Shown one piece after another: positions 9,323 through 16,856 of a stretch of 32,000 nt of DNA. The first letter of the stretch is position 1, and the number at the start of each line of letters is the position of its first letter. Where the stretch lies: contig NZ_CP191777.1 in the NCBI RefSeq assembly GCF_050563455.1, positions 3,603,845 to 3,635,844 of the forward strand, given 5' to 3'. Source of the DNA: Crocosphaera watsonii WH 8501. Lineage in GTDB: Bacteria; Cyanobacteriota; Cyanobacteriia; Cyanobacteriales; Microcystaceae. The notes below the pieces were generated by a model. That model made no database searches. It was given only the letters and a program-made list of their open reading frames with translations, and had not been told where the DNA came from. The translations under genes were made by a program, and so were the position numbers.

Positions 9323-9398
9323 AAATAGATGAAAGTAGAACTGAAAATTATGGGTTAAAACAAAAATAAAACTGATTTGGACTACATAAGTCTATATT

Positions 9399-9426
9399 GT
9401 AGGGTTCAACGGCCGTTGAACCCTAC
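9399..9426. repeat. 28-bp perfect palindrome GTAGGGTTCAACGGCCGTTGAACCCTAC, possible terminator of the E2 gene
   Basis: Perfect dyad located 28 nt downstream of the minus-strand E2 stop. Related GTAGGG...CCCTAC dyads occur at 10873-10900 and, imperfectly, at 26277-26312. Confidence 0.6.
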
Positions 9427-9453
9427 GTGAATGTCTATATTTTTAGATTGAAC

Positions 9454-10743
9454 TTACATGGTTAAAGATTGAACATTATTTTCTAACAAGTTGGCAAACT
9501 CTTGTAAGAAAGCAGCAGCATCTGAACCATAAATAACCCGATGATCGCAGGTAATATTAACCGCCATTTGACGCTTAACTCCCAATAAAGCATCAGCAGT
9601 TGCTACCACTTGGGGACTGGATGCACCGATCGCTAAAATTGATCCTTGGCCGGGGGGTAAAATAGCATCAAAACGATCTACCCCAAACATTCCCAAGTTA
9701 GAGAGGGTAAAGGTACCGCTACTATATTCTTCTGGTTGTAACTGTTTAGACCGCGCTCTGTCTACTAAATCTTTCCAGGTACGAGACAGGGAATAAATGT
9801 CAATCTTATCGGCGTTTTGTAAGACAGGAGTAATTAAACCACCATCCGGCATAGCAACAGCGATCGCAATATTAATAGACTGAGGATAACGAATACTTTG
9901 CTCACCATAGTTAGCATTTACCACAGGATGTTTTTCCAGGGTAACTGCCACCGCTTTGGCCAATAACGCCGTCATTGTCACCCCTTTCGGTTTCAGTTGC
10001 TTATAGAGTTTATCCAACTCATCGGTGGTGATGGTGTAACCCACATGGAAGGTGGGAACCTGTAGGGTAGCCATCATATTTTGTACCACTGCCTTTTGTA
10101 ACGTATTCAGGGGAACAGTTTCTCCTGCGGTTACCGGGGTAGGAGTAGGTGTAACTGCTACTTTGGGGGTAGGAGTAGTTACAGGGGTTTGAGTAGCAAT
10201 AGCAGGGGGAGTGGGGGTTTTTCCTGCGGCCTTTTCAATATCTTCTGCTACAATTCTGCCGTAAGGTCCACTACCTTCAACGGTATTAAGGGCGATCCCT
10301 AACTGTTTAGCTAACTTTTTAGCCCGAGGGGAGGCAACAATTCTGTTACTTTTCCCGTTGGTTGATGGAGGAGCCGTAACTGTTGCTGTAGCAGTGCTTA
10401 CTGGGGCTGTAGCAGTGGCTAATTCCTCTTTTTGAGGTGGGGACGGTTCAGGAGATTTCTGAGGACTAGAAGGTGATTTTTGTTGAGCTTGGGCAATTTC
10501 TGCCTCTGTTTCTGCGATTAAAGCGATCGCATCTCCCACTGGAGCTTCTTGGCCTGCTTCGACTAAAATAGTAGCTAAATAGCCGTCATAGAAAGATTCT
10601 ACATCCATATCTGCTTTATCTGATTCTACAACCACCACGGTTTCTCCTTTGGAGACTTTATCCCCTGGAGACTTAGTCCAAGAGACAATTTTTCCCTCGG
10701 TCATGGTAGAACTTAATGCAGGCATGAAAATATCGTGAATCAT
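9454..10743 (-). CDS. pdhC: dihydrolipoamide acetyltransferase (E2) of the pyruvate dehydrogenase complex
   Basis: Lipoyl domain (VVVESDKADMDVE), Pro/Ala/Thr-rich linkers, subunit-binding domain (ASPRAKKLAKQLGI...GSGPYGRIVAEDIE) and catalytic C-terminus with DHRVIYG. Confidence 0.9.
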   Translation of the reverse strand: MIHDIFMPALSSTMTEGKIVSWTKSPGDKVSKGETVVVVESDKADMDVESFYDGYLATILVEAGQEAPVGDAIALIAETEAEIAQAQQKSPSSPQKSPEPSPPQKEELATATAPVSTATATVTAPPSTNGKSNRIVASPRAKKLAKQLGIALNTVEGSGPYGRIVAEDIEKAAGKTPTPPAIATQTPVTTPTPKVAVTPTPTPVTAGETVPLNTLQKAVVQNMMATLQVPTFHVGYTITTDELDKLYKQLKPKGVTMTALLAKAVAVTLEKHPVVNANYGEQSIRYPQSINIAIAVAMPDGGLITPVLQNADKIDIYSLSRTWKDLVDRARSKQLQPEEYSSGTFTLSNLGMFGVDRFDAILPPGQGSILAIGASSPQVVATADALLGVKRQMAVNITCDHRVIYGSDAAAFLQEFANLLENNVQSLTM

Positions 10744-11068
10744 AGAGTAACCTTCCCAAATATACTGTTAAATTGTTATTGATGTAATTGCTAATAATAG
10801 CAATGGCAATTTATTCTAAGCATTTTTGCCATTCTATATTGTACCTGAAAAGGGATACTTTAACATTAGTCCGTAGGGCTTAATAATATTAAGCCCCTAC
10901 AGAAGCTAATAAGTTGGTGAATTCAAATTTACCGAAAAAAGTATTTCAAAATCCCCATATTTAGGGTATAAAAATAAAAATTTTCCTGATTATCAATTCT
11001 GATATTATGGGAGCATCCCAAAGTTGTAAATTGTTCTTTATTGATAATAGGTTATAGTTATGAAAATT

Positions 11069-11101
11069 CACCCCGTCACCCCGTCACCCCGTCCCCCCCC
11101 C
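11069..11101 (+). repeat. (CACCCCGT)x3 followed by a C9 homopolymer
   Basis: Octamers at 11069-11076, 11077-11084 and 11085-11092, then nine C at 11093-11101. The tract ends 22 nt upstream of the ORF start at 11124. Confidence 0.9.
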
Positions 11102-11123
11102 TCAAACTTCAAGGATAATTTTT

Positions 11124-12080
11124 TTGCAAAAATGGAATGCTCCCGATACTATGGTTATTAAATATCGACTCAAAACCTATTCTAATGATTTGTTAATTGC
11201 AGCTTGGGGCAATGAGATTTTAGTTGAGGAAATAGATACTGGAAAAATTTTGGGCTTTTTCATGCCTCCCCAACCTGGAGAAGTTTATCGCACCATTTAT
11301 GAACCGGAAACTATTATTAATTTAGCTGATTTTCCTCAATATAAAGATATCAAATTTTTTTGGCTTTGGCCCTTGGGTTTAGACTCTGATTGGGAAAGTT
11401 ATAATTTTGAAGTAGAAGAAGCTTTAGTTTGGAAAAGTATTGGTAAGTTTAAGGCAGAAGCAGCGAAAGATTGGCGAGATCATGGCTTTTCTGTACAGTT
11501 GGCTCAACAATGGTTTAAAACTACGTCTCGGTTTCATCCCTTAAATGGTAGAATGACTCCTGAGATAGCTAGAAAGTTCACTGATTTAAACTTGACAACC
11601 AATGAAGTTATAGCTTGGTTTCAATCAGGTTTAAAACCGAAAGATATTGATATCAATGCCGTTGAAAATTTAGTTAACTACGGACTCAATAGTAATGAGA
11701 TTCAAAAATGGATTAGCTATAGTGTTCCTTTAGCAGACATTCTAACTTGGATTAATCTTAATGTTGTTCCTAAACAAGCAGAAGATTGGTATAAATATAA
11801 GTTTATTTTATCAGAAGCAATTCCTTGGCATGAAATAGGTATTACAGCAGGAGAAGCTGCGATGTGGAAAGGGTTAAATATGACCGTTGCCACCGTTAAA
11901 AAATGGGGATACTTAGGCTTTTCTGCTATCTTTACTCAGGACTTTAAAAAACCAGAAATGGATATGGAAAAAGAAGTTAAGCTTTGGTTAAAAACAGGTT
12001 TAGATTTTAAGAAAATTAAGCGCTTAATCAAAAAGGGTTATAGTGCAGAAAAGGCTTATCAGGAGAGAAAAAAAGAATAG
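11124..12080 (+). CDS. hypothetical protein built from ~13-residue Trp-containing repeats
   Basis: 318-aa ORF (TTG 11124 preceded by AAGGA; alternative ATG at 11151). The C-terminal two-thirds is a ~13-aa periodic motif phi-x-x-x-E-A-x-x-W-x-x-x-G/N, e.g. LTTNEVIAWFQSG, LNSNEIQKWISYS, VPLADILTWINLN, VVPKQAEDWYKYK, FILSEAIPWHEIG, ITAGEAAMWKGLN, MTVATVKKWGYLG. Confidence 0.6.
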   Translation: MQKWNAPDTMVIKYRLKTYSNDLLIAAWGNEILVEEIDTGKILGFFMPPQPGEVYRTIYEPETIINLADFPQYKDIKFFWLWPLGLDSDWESYNFEVEEALVWKSIGKFKAEAAKDWRDHGFSVQLAQQWFKTTSRFHPLNGRMTPEIARKFTDLNLTTNEVIAWFQSGLKPKDIDINAVENLVNYGLNSNEIQKWISYSVPLADILTWINLNVVPKQAEDWYKYKFILSEAIPWHEIGITAGEAAMWKGLNMTVATVKKWGYLGFSAIFTQDFKKPEMDMEKEVKLWLKTGLDFKKIKRLIKKGYSAEKAYQERKKE

Positions 12081-12931
12081 ATTTTACTTAATATATAAAC
12101 CCGATCTTCATTGATTTTTAAGGACTCCTTAAATTAATCTTAAAACTAAGTTCAAGATTAAGAATATTGTTAAAAAAAAGTTAATAAATTGTTAAAAAAA
12201 TAGACATATTGTGGGTCATGGTATGGAGTATAGTTTGGAGAGTGAGAGATATTTCCAGAAAAAGTTTTCCAACCAATTAACAATAATCAAGGAGCCACAT
12301 GAAAATCTTTAAGGTTCTTCGAGTTACAGTGATTAAGGTCAGCGAATCACCCCTAACCTTATCTATTCAAGCAGAGGGTCTTGCAGCAACATCAGGATGG
12401 ACAAATCCTCGTTTAGATAACTCCGCCGATCCTAACCCTGATGATTCTATCTTGGAATTTAACTTTGATGCAGATAGACCATCAGGCATTTCCTTACCTC
12501 AGTTAACGCCTATTATGGCTACTGTTGATTTTGAGCCAAGTAACGGGGCCGATGCAGTAATCGTATCCGCTAGGATCAACAGCATTACTGTTCACGCAGG
12601 AGAATTTTTGAATCCTGGTGATAGTCCTGCACAACCCACTACCTTAGCATTCGGAGAAGAAGATCCAGGACCCACAACTCGTGCATTGGGAGAAGAAGGT
12701 CCAAGTCCAGACTTTACCACTCAAGCATTCGGAGAGGAAGAACCTTCTAGTCGTGCATTAGGAGAGGAAGGTCCACCTCAACCTCCTCAACCCACTACCT
12801 ACGCATTCGGAGAAGAAGAAGATCCTAGAGTTACTACCCTCGCATTAGGAGAAGAAGGTGAACCTACTAGTGCAGCTTGGCGAAAGTAATCCACCAGATT
12901 TTTACAGAAACTTTCGTGACTAGCCACGACA

Positions 12932-13513
12932 ATGTGTTTCAATGAAACTAACGGAAGAATCTCGAAGTTGATGTCCATGATAAAAGCATTGCCAATTAAC
13001 CTCTCCAACCTACAGAAAACAGTACTCCAACAAATAGTGAGAGGGACAACAAACCCCTATCGCCTTGTTAGACGAGCCAAGCTAATCTTAGCCGCAGCAT
13101 CAGGAGAGAGCAATAGTTCGATTAGTCGAAGATTAGAATTAGACCGAGTACAAGTGCGTCAGTGGCGATCGCGATGGTTTGAGGAGAGAGAAAAACTGAG
13201 TGCCGCCGAAGAACAACAGGTAACGGAGAAAGCATTAATGGTCTTGATCAAAGGAATTTTAAGCGATCGCCCAAGACCTGGAACAACAAAATCCTTTACG
13301 GTCGAACAAGTAGTCCAGATTGTAGAGATCGCTTGTGAAGAATGTGAAAAATCAGACAGACCAGTGAGCCATTGGACACCTTCAGAGTTGGCGGATGAAG
13401 CCATAAAAAGAGGAATTGTCGAAAAGATTTCCCCCCGTAGTGTGGGGCGTTTTTTAAAAAGAAGCGACATTACAACCACATCTCGTTCGTTACTGGTTAA
13501 ATGCCAAAATTGA
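12932..13513 (+). CDS. IS630-family transposase, N-terminal HTH part (orfA)
   Basis: LQKTVLQQIVRGTTNPYRLVRRAKLILAAASGESNSSISRRLELDRVQVRQWRSRW is the typical IS630 HTH region. The real start is probably an internal Met (MIKALP...). Confidence 0.75.
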   Translation: MCFNETNGRISKLMSMIKALPINLSNLQKTVLQQIVRGTTNPYRLVRRAKLILAAASGESNSSISRRLELDRVQVRQWRSRWFEEREKLSAAEEQQVTEKALMVLIKGILSDRPRPGTTKSFTVEQVVQIVEIACEECEKSDRPVSHWTPSELADEAIKRGIVEKISPRSVGRFLKRSDITTTSRSLLVKCQN

Positions 13514-14219
13514 TGATCCCTTAAAATTTAAAAAGCAAGTCAAATATATCTGTGAACTTCATCAAGAAGCTAAAACTTTGTTAGAACAAGGAATTCATTT
13601 AATTAGTACAGATGAAATGACAGGGATTCAAGCTCTTGAGAGATTATTTCCGAACAAAAGAATCAAGCCTAAACAAGTAGAAAAAATCGAATTTGAATAT
13701 GAAAGACACGGAACTTTAAGCTTGATTGCGAACTGGGATGTGGCAAGAGGAAAAGTTGTTAGTCCCTCTATTGGACCGACAAGAACAGAACAAGATTTTT
13801 CTGAACATATCCAGAGAACGATTAAGATTGATGAAAAAGCAGAATGGATTTTTATTGTAGATAAACTCAACACTCATAAATCGGAAAGCTTAGTCAAATT
13901 AGTAGCAGAAAGCTGTGGAATTACTATTGATTTGGGGAGAAAAGGAAAGGAGGGGATTTTGCAATCTATGGACAGCAGAGCAGATTTTTTATCAGATGAA
14001 TCTCATCGAATTCGCTTTGTTTATATTCCCAAACATACATCGTGGCTTAATCAAATTGAGTGTTGGTTTTCGATCTTAGTCCGGCGTTTACTCAAAAGAA
14101 TTACTGTCCGTTCAACTGAAGAACTATCCCAAAAAATTCTCAATTTTATTGATTACTTTAATCAACATTTTGCTAAGCCGTTCGTTTGGAAATTTAAGGG
14201 CTTTAAAGATCATAAGTAA
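13458..14219 (+). CDS. IS630-family transposase, DDE part (orfB, +1 frame relative to orfA)
   Basis: This frame is open from 13458 (KEATLQPHLVRYWLN...). It carries DDE-type motifs ISTDEMTGIQ, IVDKLNTHKS and PKHTSWLNQIECWFS. The junction with orfA lies at TTTTTTAAAAAG (13450-13461); A4 instead of A5 would fuse the two frames. Confidence 0.8.
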   Translation, partial: KEATLQPHLVRYWLNAKIDDPLKFKKQVKYICELHQEAKTLLEQGIHLISTDEMTGIQALERLFPNKRIKPKQVEKIEFEYERHGTLSLIANWDVARGKVVSPSIGPTRTEQDFSEHIQRTIKIDEKAEWIFIVDKLNTHKSESLVKLVAESCGITIDLGRKGKEGILQSMDSRADFLSDESHRIRFVYIPKHTSWLNQIECWFSILVRRLLKRITVRSTEELSQKILNFIDYFNQHFAKPFVWKFKGFKDHK

Positions 14220-14475
14220 CTGGTGGATTATTTTTGCTAAGCTGCACTAGTCGTGCATTAGGAGAGGAAGGTCCACCTCAACCTCCTCAACCCACAACTC
14301 GTGCAGTAGGAGAAGAAGAACCTCAATTTACTACCTACGCATTGGGAGAGGAAGAACCCTCTACTCGTGCAGCGGGAGAAGAAAGTCAACCCACAACTCG
14401 TGCAGTAGGGGAAGAACAACCTGAATTTACTACTTTAGCCATAGGAGAAGAAAGTTCTCCCTTTGGACGGTATTA

Positions 14476-15384
14476 ATGGTTGATTTAGATCCCAGCAAAA
14501 CCTTGGTGATAGCAGGTGGCCACTCAGATCCTAATTTGGGTCAATTGGTGGCCACTGCTCAACAAGCTGGTATTGTGGTGCAAGACCTTCGCCACGGTGT
14601 CAAAGATAGTCCTCCCCTATCTTGGCAAGTTAATCAAGGTTCTCTCAAGGTCAATAATCAAGAAATCAAGCCTTATGGTGCGTTCATTCGTTATGATGTT
14701 TTTGCCGGGATGGAGGACTCTCGGCCAGAGGTAGCAAAACGGGCCATGGGTTGGTATCAAACCCTGCAAGGATGGTTATTATCTGACCCGAAGATTAGAC
14801 TATTTAATCGTCATCAATCTCCCATGGGTGGCAATAAAGGTGCTACTTTGGTACTGGCACAACAATGCGGTTTAGAGATTCCTCAAACCATGATTACCAA
14901 CGAAGAAGCATCTTTACGGCAATATACTCCAGGAACAGCGATCGCTAAACCGGTGGCCGGTGGGGATTATTGTTATGGGTTAGAAGAACTTTTAAACGGG
15001 GTTGAGTTTCGTTCAGGTTGTGCTGCTAATCTTGCTATTGTCCAAAATAGACTGGTATCTCCAGAAATTAGGATTTATATTGTGGGTAATCAAGCATTGG
15101 CTTTTGAAATGCGCAGTAATTCCCTTGATTATCGAGTTAAACAAGATGCAGAGGTGATCTTTTTAGGGGAGGTTCCCTCAGAGGTGGAATCATTACGGGT
15201 TCTCACGGCTAAACTGAATATGGATTTTGGGGCCGCTGATTTTAAGAGTGATCCACAAACAGGAAAATTGGTTTTCCTCGAACTGAATACCTCTCCCATG
15301 TTTGCTCGTTTTAATCAAGTGTCTCAAGGTGCATTATGTACGGCAATGTTAAAGACACTATTGTCAATCGAAGGTAATGATTGA
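14476..15384 (+). CDS. ATP-grasp ligase (RiPP macrocyclase-like)
   Basis: 302 aa. It shows ATP-grasp features: KPVAGG, QNRLVSPEIRIYIVGNQALAFEMRSNSLDYR and FGAADFKSDPQTGKLVFLELNTSPMF (compare fgAiDl...G..vFLEiNP in MdnB/C-type enzymes). It is start/stop-coupled to the repeat-peptide gene. Confidence 0.75.
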   Translation: MVDLDPSKTLVIAGGHSDPNLGQLVATAQQAGIVVQDLRHGVKDSPPLSWQVNQGSLKVNNQEIKPYGAFIRYDVFAGMEDSRPEVAKRAMGWYQTLQGWLLSDPKIRLFNRHQSPMGGNKGATLVLAQQCGLEIPQTMITNEEASLRQYTPGTAIAKPVAGGDYCYGLEELLNGVEFRSGCAANLAIVQNRLVSPEIRIYIVGNQALAFEMRSNSLDYRVKQDAEVIFLGEVPSEVESLRVLTAKLNMDFGAADFKSDPQTGKLVFLELNTSPMFARFNQVSQGALCTAMLKTLLSIEGND

Positions 15385-15883
15385 TTTAAGGAAAGCAGTC
15401 TATTACGAATATATTGATGATGGTGTGGTTGAAATTTTCGACAAATATAAATGGGGACTGAGACGGTTAGGGGTTAACTTTTCTCAAGAATTATTAGAAA
15501 CTATCGTCTATTGTTCCCGAAATTTAGAGAATACGTTAATGGCATTTTGTTCTTGGGTTTTATGGTTAAAAAGTCGAGGAGAAAAACCCAATTCTGATAT
15601 TTTATCGGAAACATTAATCAACGCCTTAAAATCTGAGATTGGTTGGATACCTTACGATTATCAAAAGGACTTTTTACAGCAAAATCTAGACATTTTAGAA
15701 AGTCCTCAAGTTTCTTTATGGAAAACAGCAGAGAAAGAGTTAGGAGCAAGTTTAAGAAACCGAGTTATTGCTGATATCTCTGAAGAAGGTGAGCTTATTT
15801 TTAAAGTAAATGTTTTATTAACAGATGACGAAAGGGAAAAAATTGAACGGTTTAAAATTTATATTGACCAATTATTTTTATAG
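15377..15883 (+). CDS. hypothetical protein, translationally coupled to the ATP-grasp gene
   Basis: 168-aa ORF whose ATG (15377) overlaps the ATP-grasp stop by 8 nt (ATGATTGA). I recognise no motif. Confidence 0.55.
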   Translation: MIDLRKAVYYEYIDDGVVEIFDKYKWGLRRLGVNFSQELLETIVYCSRNLENTLMAFCSWVLWLKSRGEKPNSDILSETLINALKSEIGWIPYDYQKDFLQQNLDILESPQVSLWKTAEKELGASLRNRVIADISEEGELIFKVNVLLTDDEREKIERFKIYIDQLFL

Positions 15884-16043
15884 GTTCTATCCTTAAATAG
15901 GTAAATGAATGGTCCTAATAGCCCTAATTGTAATTATTATCTTTCTCCCAATAATATAACATTTTCATTTTAGTTGCGTAACATTAAATTTTAGTCAATA
16001 CAAATTGCTATAAAATAAAACATAGTCCTAGAAACTATCAATA

Positions 16044-16685
16044 ATGATTACCATTGCATTACCCAAAGGGGCATTATTATCAGATTCCATTGAACTATTT
16101 AAAGGCATTGGCTTAGATTTTAGTGCCTTTTTAGACTCCAAAAACCGTCAATTACAAATAACAGATCCTACAAATACCGCCCAAGGACTCTTAGTTAGAG
16201 CCACCGATGTACCTGTTTACGTGGAATACGGACAAGCACAACTAGGCATAGTAGGCTACGATTTGCTACTAGAAAAAAGCCCAGAAGTTGCCCATCTAGG
16301 GGACTTAAACTTTGGCGGTTGCCGGATGTCCGTAGCTGTTCCCAAAACCAGTCCCTACCAAAACCCCAGAGAATTACCCCCCAATAGCAAGATTGCCTCA
16401 AAATTTGTAAACTGTGCTAAAACTTATTTTCAACAGCTAGACCTACCGGTAGAGATAATACCCCTTTATGGTTCGGTTGAACTCGGTCCAATTACTGGAA
16501 TGTCAGAGGCGATCGTTGACTTAGTTTCCACAGGGCGTACCCTCAAAGAGAATGGACTGGTGGAGGTGGATACCCTATTCCAAAGTACGGCTCGCCTCAT
16601 TGCCCATCCCCTTAGTTATCGGTTAAATTTAGATCATCTTAATGATTTGAGCGAACAAATCAAAAATTCTGTGTCAAAATCATAA
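16044..16685 (+). CDS. hisG: ATP phosphoribosyltransferase, short form
   Basis: [12 protein letters not shown]...[27 protein letters not shown]...[14 protein letters not shown] are canonical HisG motifs. At 213 aa it is the short, HisZ-dependent type. Confidence 0.9.
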   Translation: MITIALPKGALLSDSIELFKGIGLDFSAFLDSKNRQLQITDPTNTAQGLLVRATDVPVYVEYGQAQLGIVGYDLLLEKSPEVAHLGDLNFGGCRMSVAVPKTSPYQNPRELPPNSKIASKFVNCAKTYFQQLDLPVEIIPLYGSVELGPITGMSEAIVDLVSTGRTLKENGLVEVDTLFQSTARLIAHPLSYRLNLDHLNDLSEQIKNSVSKS

Positions 16686-16856
16686 AAACAATAGACCCTA
16701 AAATATTATTAATGGAGGAATGACCACCAAAAAAATCAAGAACAAATCGAACAACAGTAGTTAATGCTACAAAATTCAACATTAGTAATATCGACAAAAA
16801 AGCTGTGCTAAAATCAGCTAACAAGGGCAAGTAACAGGTGATGGATTAATAAAGAT

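Larger units (their letters stand above)
12870..14247 (+). mobile_element. IS630-family insertion sequence (1378 bp), TA duplication in a CTAG target
   Basis: 28-bp imperfect IRs (3 mismatches): GTGCAGCTTGGCGAAAGTAATCCACCAG (12870-12897) against the reverse complement of 14220-14247 (GTGCAGCTTAGCAAAAATAATCCACCAG). TA at 12868-12869 and 14248-14249. The reconstructed empty site is ACTAGT. Confidence 0.85.
12299..14476 (+). pseudogene. graspetide-type multi-core precursor gene interrupted by an IS630-family element
   Basis: The left part (12299-12869) encodes ~110 non-repetitive residues followed by 6 (T/S)(T/S)xAxGEE units. The right part (14250-14476) encodes 6 more units. Deleting 12870-14249 (IS plus one TA) restores a single 265-codon frame reading ...LALGEEGEPTSRALGEEGPPQPPQP.... 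The stop overlaps the ATP-grasp start (TAATG at 14474-14478). Confidence 0.7.

Noticed and set aside
13450-13461. TTTTTTAAAAAG as a programmed ribosomal frameshift site in the IS630 transposase
   Set aside because: Fusing orfA to orfB needs a +1 shift, not the -1 shift that such slippery heptamers usually support. A one-base insertion mutation or a sequencing error is at least as likely. It is kept as an open question in the homopolymer finding.
12799-13873. Minus-strand ORFs across the IS630 element (12799-13008, 13159-13479, 13628-13873) and the alternative-frame ORF 14516-14734 in the ATP-grasp gene
   Set aside because: They overlap better-supported coding frames (transposase HTH/DDE motifs, ATP-grasp motifs) and have no features of their own.
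12638-14473. Tandem ~33-45-bp DNA repeats that could be mistaken for a CRISPR-like or minisatellite array
   Set aside because: They are in frame and encode the (T/S)(T/S)xAxGEE peptide repeats. Unit length is variable and there is no repeat-spacer architecture.
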